From assembly GCA_010405405.1 (NCBI GenBank), contig MU004230.1:4358282-4422281 (forward strand): a stretch of 64,000 nt of DNA, written 5' to 3'. Source of the DNA: Microthyrium microscopicum (taxonomy: Eukaryota). Numbering within the stretch: position 1 is the stretch's first letter; every line of letters begins with the position of its first letter. Of the stretch, positions 27,546 to 37,400 are shown in pieces. Position numbers and translations under genes: made by a program. Under the pieces are notes generated by a model that was not told where the DNA came from, did not search any database, and was given only the letters and a program-made list of their open reading frames with translations.

Positions 27546-29293
27546 CTAAGGCCAAGACTTGACGTGCTTAGTTGAGAAAATGATCTGGTCCTCTCCAGCT
27601 TGCTCAGCGAGATCCTCTTTGGGGTCGCAATCGAGATCTCCCTCATCGTCAACCCCATCGTCAACCCCATCATCAACCTCATCGTCAACCTCATCGTCAA
27701 CCGTGCGGTCTTCTTCCTCCCCTTCATCAAGGCCTCTCGCATCGTATGCTTCAATAGGGACTTCAGCCTCGTAATCAAACTCGTCTTCAGACGCTGAGTC
27801 TTCATAAGTGGCTCGTTCATAAGTCAAACGGTTAGGGCAATCGTGCGCCAAAGGAAATACGATTGCTGCGGAACACCACCAACAAAATTGTGCGCTGCAG
27901 TGAGTACCTAGAACATGATCAGTCCTACGACCTTTCAAGGAAAAGAAAATACCATATAGAAACTTACAATACATATGACTACACCCTCCGGACTTTTTGA
28001 TGGGAACGCGACATTCCGGGCATGGCTTGGTTTTTTGTTCTATCAGTTCTGTACTAGCCAGATTTGTTTCGTTGATGGCCCTGCTGTTTTCATATTCTTC
28101 GCATGTCATACCTGTATGCCAAGATACTTGATGATAAAAACACATCTGGAATCCGCACTGCTGACAGACTTGGGGCATCGTCTCGTCGTTGCAATCGTAT
28201 ATTGCGCCAGCTTCACAGCCTGAGCGAAGACACCAACGAAAGTTAAGCTCTGTAGAGAGATACTTCTGTAACTGTAGATTGTTGAGACGCTCTATGAGAG
28301 CCTTGGGCATGCATATACGCAGTTCTGGCTCTATCAATGGCTTGGAACATCCTAAGCATTGTAAGCGATCGCACCCTAAGGCTCCTTCTTCATCGAGTCT
28401 GTACTCGAGATAACCTCGATAGCAAGCTATGCAAAAGTGATCTTTATGGTCGCAGTTGCTTAGCGGACGAGTTGGAAATCGGCATAATTGCCAAATGTTT
28501 GGAGACAGCTGCGTTTTCAGCATATCTTCTGGATCGATCTCAGTCGGGACCTGGAGGCAGCCTGCACAATGTCGAAGCTTTTCATCGTCATCCGTTATGT
28601 AGCATGTTGGTGTATCTTGGATATATTAGTTTGTACTCGATTGTTGGGGTTTTCTATATGCTTACTTGTGCCATTCCATTGTAAGTATAGTCTAGAGATG
28701 TACGTTAGCATGGGCACACAATCAATTCGGTGTAGCTCTTGGACTGACTTGGTATTTTCAACCCCTACAAAAGGGGAATCTTCTTGACGAACTGTATATC
28801 GCAAGGGTTTAGATATGCCCTTCCCAGTGTCTACTGGCAAGCTGGAGAAGTTGACGTCACCCAACTTGACAGCACTGAGTTTATCAGAAGCATGAGGACT
28901 GAGCAGACGCATGGCATGCTCCTGCTGTAGCTCTGCTGAAAGTTGTCGAATGCTCGTTGCTCCACGATATCTGAGGAGAGATTGTTAGTCGAAGGTAAGA
29001 TTTGTGGAATTCTGAACCTACGCCTCCAAGATGGTTTGAACCTCCAGTGCCTCCATGTTTTTCAGAATCGTATCTAGCTGCTCGGTGCCCATGCGCTTCT
29101 GGCAGGTTAAGACTGGACAGCACATCCATTTCGACGAGTCAAGATCTTCAATTTTCCATATCGATCCAACCAGCTGATTGTTGAGATAGCTTCGCCAGCA
29201 TGGTGTACATATCCATGATTTACAGCAGGTCGCTTTAGCTGCTGTGGTTTTGTTTTGCTTGCACAAGTGACAGGAGATCGTGAGCGGCTCCAT
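27546..29293 (-). CDS. RBR-type (RING-IBR-RING) E3 ubiquitin ligase, paralog A, 5 exons
   Basis: Introns 28971-29021, 28692-28748, 28616-28665 and 27908-27967 restore one frame colinear with paralog B. RING1 (CAGC...CDH...CIAC...CLGC), IBR (FRWCLRSGC...CQQC..MCFYHQVSWHTGMTC), RING2 with the catalytic motif KSGGCSHMYC, and an acidic tail. Confidence 0.88.
27641..27702 (-). repeat. 12-nt coding tandem repeat (~5 copies) encoding VDD(E/G) units in the RBR acidic tail
   Basis: + strand unit CATCGTCAACC(C/T) is repeated; the protein reads VDDEVDDEVDDGVDDGVDDE. Confidence 0.85.
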
Positions 29294-30368
29294 ACTAAAG
29301 CTGAGAAATTATTTTCCGAGAAGGCAAAGGCGCGATTTTGCTGACAGACGTACGCCTAAGTGCGGATTGTGTGTTGTGTGATGTCGAAGATAGAGTATAT
29401 AAAACGGATGTGGAAGTAATTGTATAGAATGAGGGAGGCAGAAGAAGGCTGTGGTCTGAGGGATGGGTGGGAGCTTAGCAGGTTGAGCAAGTTGAGTTTT
29501 GACAGCTGGAAGAAATACAACCTTTGGTTGCAGTGGAGAGCTCCTGAGGTGACATTGTTGCCTGTTCTGTAACTGCAATATGATGTTCTCGAGGTAGATT
29601 TTGAGGCACAACAGGCAGGTGCCATCGGCATCTTCTGTTAGGTTAACAGGCCACGCTTTAGTCTAAACCTCCAAAGCCATTTATAATAGAGAATGCAAGG
29701 AGGTAATCTGCTTAAGCCTATAAGTTACTTCGAGGATATCTAGCTGATTCTTCACCCATTCCCTTGAATTCTGATGCCAGTCTCGACTCGCCTCTTCTGC
29801 TCATAAATGACAGAACCAAGTGACTCTACGATGACAGTGCACCAATCTTAGGCGACCAGCAATATAGTTACAGTTTTGAATGCTGTTAGAGACTGAAGCT
29901 GGCTCGGACCTCGCTATGAAGACGTTGAAACCCATATAAGAAACCTAACACCAGACAATCATTGACTTCTTTGTTCGAATATGCGGTTCGAGCCAAACAT
30001 TGAACAAGGAGCTTTCGAATATGCATTCAACTGAATCAGGCGACTGTGCTTGGAATTCCTGGGAGGTAGTGCTTTCAAGTTTCCACGAAGCAGTATATAA
30101 CATCGTGAAGACGTACGCGGTGTATATAGTCTGGATGAGGATGGGTAACAATCTGATACCACTTAATATGGTATTTATATCCTAGGTATTATTCATGTTC
30201 CAGAGCCTATATTGTTCTTTAGCCACTCTTATCAAAATAGCGAATAACATCCTTGTCATTGTTTAACCTATTACCTAAGTCGTCGCTTATGTATCAGCGA
30301 AAGCTATCAATGTCCCGATTTTTCATCACATTGCTAATCAAGCACGTATGCCAAATGGGATCCGTATC

Positions 30369-31951
30369 TTACCACTCGTAAGTCCAAACGTCCGTATCAA
30401 CTTTGGTATCGAAATCATCTTCATGCACTTTATGTTCTTCAGTTTCTTCACCATCAATGTTATCTTCCTCGGTTTCTTCCCCGTCATGGTCATCTGCTTC
30501 AGTTTCTCCCTCATCATTGTCGTCTTCGTCATGGTCTCTCACCTCAAGTTCCTCTAAATCAACCTCTCCATAATCATCATCATAGTAAGCACAATGATGA
30601 TGTTCGTCGAGAATTATCCCGGAACACGTCCAACAAAAGTTTGTTCCGCAACGAGTACCTGTAAATCTGGTCAGCATCGATACCATCATAAACATACAAA
30701 TAAGGACTCACAGTGCATATGACTACAACCCTCATTCTTTTGGATGCGAAGCTGACAGGTCGGATTGGGGCAAATCTTGGTTTGTTCCTTCAGTATTGTT
30801 AGGCTGACCATATCAAGGTAACTTGAGTCTCTAGATGCCATCGTACTGTCGTACTCTTTGCAAGTCAAGTCCTCATGCCAAGGTATTTGATGGTAAAAGC
30901 ACATCTTAAATCTACAGTCCATGCAGGTTATATACGCTGTGCATGTTTTACACGCTGCTGCTGCGTTGTCATAGTCGTAAAAGGCGCCAGATTTGCAGCC
31001 TATACGGAGACACCAGCGAAAACCAGGCTCTCTGGAGAGCAAGTTATGCAATCGGAAGTTATCTAGGCGCTCCAGAAAGCCTCTCGGCATTAAAAACCGA
31101 ATCTCAGTGCCATTGAGAATTCGAGAGCATTCTGGGCATGGTAACCGATCGCATCCAGGCGCGCCGTTTAGGTCTAGCTGAGTCTCTATATATTCCCTAT
31201 AACAGGACATACAGGCCTCGACTGGGTGTTTGCAAATGGAACGTGGAATCTTGGGAAATCGAGACAACCTCCAAAGTCTAGGATAAACCTCCCGTCGGAG
31301 TAATACGCTATCAGGCTGGACCTCAGTCATGGTTTCGGTGCAGATTGAGCATTCTCGAACTCGGCTCTCTCTATCGTATAGATCTGTGATATAGTAGCAT
31401 ATTGCAGCATCATCACCCTTCCATTGCATGTAAAGTCGGTTGTCTTCAACCCATGACAAAGAAGAGTCTTCTTGCCGTATTGCATATCTTAATGCTCTAA
31501 AGTTCTCGTTGCCAAGGTCTCTCAGACAATCGGGATAGCGAAGTTCGCCTACATCAATGCCAGCAAGCTGAGGTATCATTTTTTGTAAATTTAACAAGAT
31601 ATGTCGAATGACTGTTGCACCCCAGTGCGCTTCCTTTACAAACTTATTAGTCCATACATCCATTTCTTCGAGTATGGCATCGAGTTGATCGCCCCTTTCG
31701 ACTCCCATCTCTCGCTGGCAAGTAGCAATCGGGCAACACATCCAGTCTGATATGCTCAAATCATCATCGGACGAGCTAGGATCTTCACACATCCATACTT
31801 GCTGCTCGAGTTGGTACTGCAAGAACCTTCGCCAGCAATCTGAGCATATTGGTGTTCCGCAGCATACCGCTTCTGTGACCGTGTCTGGGCAATTTCCACA
31901 TAAGTGGCAGCTGAACGTTAGCGGATTTGCCTCGAAATCAAATGTTTCCAT
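30369..31951 (-). CDS. RBR-type E3 ubiquitin ligase, paralog B, 2 exons
   Basis: 421-aa ORF plus intron 30659-30711 (GTGAGT...CAG), at the same position and phase as the last intron of paralog A. RING1, IBR (FRWCLRIGC...MCFYHQIPWHEDLTC), RING2 KNEGCSHMHCTRCGTNFCWTC, acidic tail. Confidence 0.92.
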
Positions 31952-32262
31952 TTCGGTGGTACTCTATGTGTGGCAACTCTTCAATCGCGTCTAACAGAAG
32001 TAAAAATAGTAGTACAAAGGTTATATCTGAACAAAGGCACAATACCGCATTGAGCACCCGAAGTATACAAAGAGCATCCATTTTGCAAGACACGAACTCG
32101 ATGCTTGAGTAGGGGAATGGAAAACCTGAAAGTCAGATTCATATTCTCGTGCTCAAAGTAAATAGAAAATGACCGACGGGTGAGGCTTTTGAAAGATATA
32201 GTTTTTGTGAACTCAGTGAATGGAATATTACTTACTATACATCATTCGCCTTACTCTATACT

Positions 32263-33941
32263 TCAATCCCACCAAAAGCTCACACTGAAGCTGGGACTTA
32301 GACTGCGAACGTAATGCCACCATCCCTTGGGAATATAAAGACACTCTCCCGGGGCTAAAATACCTTCCAGATAGGCCGCGTTTCCAAGCAGTGGAAACTC
32401 TTTCCCAAACACTTTGGCATTGGGCTCGTCATCGTCATCCACTTCACTATTAGCCTCTTCGCGATCATCCTCCTCTAAATCAGTCGCATCCCATCCTGTC
32501 CACTCCTCGTATATCCGCATTCCCATTCCGACGTCTACGGAGCTGGTATTGGACATATTGATTCCATTCTCCATGCCTCGTGGATACAAGCATTTAGCCT
32601 GATCCGGTGCAAATAGCCTCACATATTTGTATCCAACAACCTGTGCGAGGATGTTGTGATGCGGATCTGTATGCGCGGGCGACACAGTATGTGCTGGGCC
32701 TATCCATGCATTTAGCTTCGGCTCTGCGAGTTCTTGCACATCTTGAGCAGTGTCTGGTGGGGATGTCCAGCAGTAATCTGGTATTGCAATATCTTTGCGT
32801 AGCTCTGGTACCTGTGAGAACAGGTCGTGCTGTGCAAGGTAGCCACGCTTGGATGGCGGAACGTTGGCAGTGAACATATTGGCTTCCAGAAACTCGCGGA
32901 CGGACATCATTTTCTGCGTCCAGCCCTCGGAGGTGTAGCTGCGGCCTATCTCGACAGGTACCAGGCGACGGCCACCAATGGTGTGCTTTAGAAGATAGGC
33001 TGGGTTATCCCAGGGTCGGTCGCCGAGAGCCGGCCAGTTATTCAGGCTGTTGGATATGATTAGAGGCTGTGGACAGCCTTGTTCGATATTAGTGGAATCT
33101 AGGTGAGATTGAAATGCTGCGAGGGAAAGATCATTGGCGCGTTTGATGGGGTGCTTTATTGGAGGATGGGCTGATGTTGAGCCCGGTGCATATTTTGAAG
33201 GAACTGGACATTGTTTTGCTGGTTGGTCGCTCTCGCCGTTCAGGGCGCCCATCTGGACTTCTATGTCGAGTGCTAGTTGGCCCAGATCAAGAAGAAGCTC
33301 CTCTATGAGAAGTTTGCGCAATGGCGCGCCTGTCATGCTCTACTCTCTATTAGTAAAAGTTGCAGAACGGAATGAATACGTTTGACCGAATATTCTCATT
33401 CACTCCGATGTCTGCCACAACACTTCTAGGGAGTGGCTGCTGAGTTCCCATCGCATTCGCTAATCTCATTAGGGTCATCTATCTTCAAAAAGTGCTGTGG
33501 CAGACATCATGATCGATGGCAGTATCCAGCTTAGTGGTCCACGTATTTCGACACCTGGGCGTTCTTACAACAGCCATATCAAGATCGCCAACAGCTCCGT
33601 CTAGCAGCTTCCAGCACCTCTCAAAATTCCCATCAGGATTCTCTAAAAGACCATCGAGCTGTCGTAAAGTGTCCTTCACTTTCCAGAGATTTGCATCGCA
33701 ATACAGTCTCCTCCAGCATATAGGAACTTCACTGAACGGATATGCATTGATTTTTATGCTGGCTTGTCGGATAACCTGGAATAATTAGGCTCAAATAAGG
33801 CAAGCTTTTAATGCTCTAAAGAGATCTTACCTCGACTGGTATTAAGGGTAGTGCACGAAGCATGGCATATCCACATTGCTTGATTGGATCATTTTCTAGG
33901 TTTTCTTTCAGGACATCCAGTAGAGACTCAGTCTTTAACAT
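32263..33941 (-). CDS. JmjC-domain 2-oxoglutarate/Fe(II) oxygenase, JMJD5/KDM8-like, 3 exons
   Basis: ATG at 33941; introns 33776-33830 and 33340-33568. Motifs 'AYPFSEVPICWRRLY', 'LDMAVSMTGAP', 'GRRLVPVEIGRSYT', 'GYLAQHDLFSQVPELRKDIAIPDYC', Fe ligands 'SPAHTDP...WWHYV', C-terminal 'SFSVSFWW'. Confidence 0.93.
33340..33568 (-). mobile_element. 229-nt structured spliceosomal intron, candidate introner-like element
   Basis: GTAAGA...ACTAAT...TAG. A 21-bp stem (33407-33427/33488-33508) and an 11-bp stem (33368-33378/33397-33407), with G-U pairs on the transcribed strand. Shares CGAATGCGATGGGA with intron 44161-44510. The intron itself is well supported; mobility is inferred. Confidence 0.5.
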
Positions 33942-34424
33942 GGCTCGGGAGGCTGAAGAGTCGTGTAACGATGTAGATGAATGAAATTGAAAGATGGACG
34001 GAGCTCGCGTCACGTTGTCAGGCGCGGGACAGAAGTTGTGGCAGACGCTATCAAATAATCACCACTAGCCAGCCATGGTTGAGCATTGCACCTGATTACC
34101 AGGCGTTATGCTTCGTAGAATTCGTAGAAGATCGAATTGCTATTTTTTAGTGAAAATAATAATGTAAAGCAATTGTTTAAGTTCCTCACTGGCGCTTATC
34201 ACTTTCACACGAAGCATAGAATAGCCAAAATACAGGAATTATTTACATTGCAATAATCAAGGGACTAATCATTGATCCACCATTTTTATATCAGGTGGAC
34301 CAACGAGCCTTTTGGGATATCGAGAGAAGCTCAAACGGCCGCACCAATATAATACAAATACAATAGGGTTTGGAAATACCCATCTTGCCACAAAATCCAT
34401 CAATGCAATCGGTCGTTCCATATC

Positions 34425-37400
34425 TTACTCTGGTGGAGCCAGAGCCTCCCACAATCGTTCCTCAACATTTTTCTCACCAGAAGAGCCAGTAGCCGCATTA
34501 GCACCCGTCACACCAACTCGTGGGCCACTGGCACCCAACGTTGAAGTGCCGCCGTTCGCGCCTACATTATAGACACGTGGAGGGACCGGCTTGTACGGTG
34601 GACGTTGGCTGGGTGCTCCAGAGCCATTTCCATACGGAGCAGAACTAGAGCCTGGAACGTTATGCGGCTGGACATAGTTGGCCGCCGGCATGCCGGCGAA
34701 TACGCCAGGTCCGCCAGGTCCAGTTGCGATTGGGCGAGCAGGTGGTGGATAAGGCTCTCCTCGAGCTTTGGCTTCGGCTGCCTCCCGCGCACGCTTCTTC
34801 GCTTGCACTAGATGTCCCTTTACGCCACGCAAGTATTTGGTCGCGCTATCCACGAGGGTTCGGTCTTCCGGGCTATCTCTGAGCTGATCAAGCAAAAGGC
34901 GTACCATAGTTTCGGACTTGATATGCGGGCACGTGCGGGCGACGCCATAGTGAGATGTGCCACAGAGTGGGCATAGTTCAACGCCGGCGATCTTTAGCGG
35001 GCAGGATCCAGGTGGATGAGAGTTACCGCAAGGAACACAGATCTGATACTTTGGCACCATGCAGGCTTGATGACTGTTCCAGGTGGCTGGAACTTTTTGG
35101 TTGTTGACTAGCACATACGGTTCGCCGTCATTTGGCTCGAACTGCTTTTGGTAGACTGTGGCCCGCTTCCATAGGTTTTCTTCCGGCTTTCTGCGAGGGA
35201 CAACAGGCTGGGGTCTAACCGGCACTGGTGGTCCATCGATGTCCATACGGTCCGGGTCATGGTAGAGTGTTTCAGGTTGTGGTTGCGGGACATGAGGAGG
35301 GGGCTCAGACACCATGGGCTGCCATCGAGAAGAGCCGCCTGGACGGGCTGGCATACCGAACGGTAGCTTTTTAGGAGATGGACGATCTTGAAATTGTGAG
35401 GCACCAACGATACCCGTCGGGCGTTGTTCGGCCGCGCGATGGCCTATGTCTCCAATATCAGCTGCATCGGGCATTGGAATGTCTGGCTCAGGCTCTGACT
35501 CTTCGCTTTCATCTGCCCGGAAATCAGTGTCAGAGTCGTATTCCGTTTTTCGAGCACGGTTGCGTTTCGCAGGCGCCGCAGGTCGTGCAATTGGTTCCTT
35601 TCCGTCATCAGCAGCCTCAATTTCGTTATCATTATCATCGCTAAAGTCTAGGCCTTCTCTAAACGCCCGGCGATCATCCGTGTCGTAATTGATAGGAGCC
35701 TCCAGGAATGTTAGTAAGTGGCTAAAACTATGGTGAGAACGACTTACATTTCGAGCTCGTCGACCGCGGCCCAGCGCCTCTGCGCGCGCGGCCGCTTCAG
35801 CAGCTGCGGCAACCTCTCGCTCCTTGAGAATTTTCTCCCATAAATCCGGATTTGGAGGAGCTTCCTCTTCAGACGACGCCATATCATCTTCAACAAGCTT
35901 CTCTTGATCATTAGCCCATACTCTCGCGAAGCTGAATTGAGATTCAGCAGAATCGCTTGGGCCTGACTTGGTGTTTTCCATTTGCGTTCTATCAAGAAGC
36001 TTTTCGATTGAGTTGTCGTCAAAGCGAATGTCGTTGTCTTGGTTATTGTCATCAAAGAGCTCTGCTGCGCCATGGCGTAGAATGCCTTCGACATCTTTCT
36101 CTGCGAGATCCTCAGCATCGAGTTGATCAACAACGACATGGTCCAGAGCAATCTTCTTTCGACCGATTTGAACGATCTTTTCTTCCACGCTTGATTTGGT
36201 CATGAATTGGAAACAGAGAACCTTTTTGGTTTGTCCAATACGATGTGCTCGGGACAGGGCCTGAATATCTTGATGCGGGTTGAAATCGGGGTCGAGAATT
36301 ATGACCGTATCGGCGGTTGCCAGATTGATACCAACGCCACCAGCACGTGTGGATAATAGAAAGGCAAATAGGGTTGAATTAGGAGCATTGAACTCGTCAA
36401 TGCGCTTCTGTTTCTCCAAAGAAGCCACCCTACCGTCAAGGCGCTGGTGAGGCATCTCCATTCCGTCTAGGAAATCCTGAACTACGTCAAGCATGTCCAA
36501 AAACTGGCTGAAGATCAAGACTCGATGTCCACGCTCCTGAAGCTTGGGTAGCAGTAGTTCAAGCAGTTGCAACTTTGACGAAGCATCCACGAGATTTCGA
36601 TGCAGAGCAGACTCTTGGACATTTCGTTCCTCAATCTCTCGACTATACACGAAGGGATGGCAGAGACATTTGCGGAGCTGCATCAATATGTTGTTCAAGT
36701 TGGCACGTTCGCCTTGCTTGAGCGTATTCTTGGTGAACAGTGCCCGCAATAACTCTGGATTTTTGGCCATGATGGATTTGTACAATTTCTTCTGCAGAAT
36801 AGACATGGAGACTGGCACAATAATTTGAGCCATTGGTGGCAAGAATGTAAGAACTTGGGCTTTGGTACGGCGAAGAATGTATGGCCGTATGAGATCGTGT
36901 AGCGAGGAAATATTGGCGTTGTTCATGTCCGCATATTGTTCTTCCATCTCAGCCGCTTTGATATCATCGTCCAAAAACTGCAGCAGGTTGAAAAGCTCAC
37001 GAGCGTTATTCTGAAGTGGAGTACCTGTGAGCAAGATACGAAACGGCACCTTGAATGAGGATAAAGTCCCATGAATCTGGCTTTGATCGTTCTTCAAGCG
37101 TTGACCCTCATCGACGATCATAGCTTGCCATTGCACCGACTTGAAAAATCTCCGGCTAGCATCGTCATTGATGGCTTCGTATGAGGTGACAACAACATGG
37201 CAATGAAGATCTTTGGACTTTTCTGGATATAGCTCGTAGTCATAAGCTTTTTGACGAGCAAGACTGGATCCGTAGTAAGCAACAACTCGTAAGGATGGTG
37301 CCCATTGTTTGATTTCGCGACGCCAATTTGGGCAGGTGGAATTAGGTACCACGACCAGGAATGGGAAGCAGTTATAGTCTTGAGTCATCATAGCCATGAA

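Noticed and set aside
29018..29020. Apparent premature TAG and frameshifts in RBR paralog A (pseudogene or A-to-I-edited stop)
   Set aside because: The TAG lies inside a GTAGGT donor. Three canonical introns with branch sites restore a frame colinear with paralog B.
33340..33568. TPP riboswitch or box C/D snoRNA in the JmjC intron
   Set aside because: No CUGAGA / AUACCCG / CUGAU..GGAUAAU TPP core, no properly placed RUGAUGA and CUGA boxes, and the host is not a thiamine gene.
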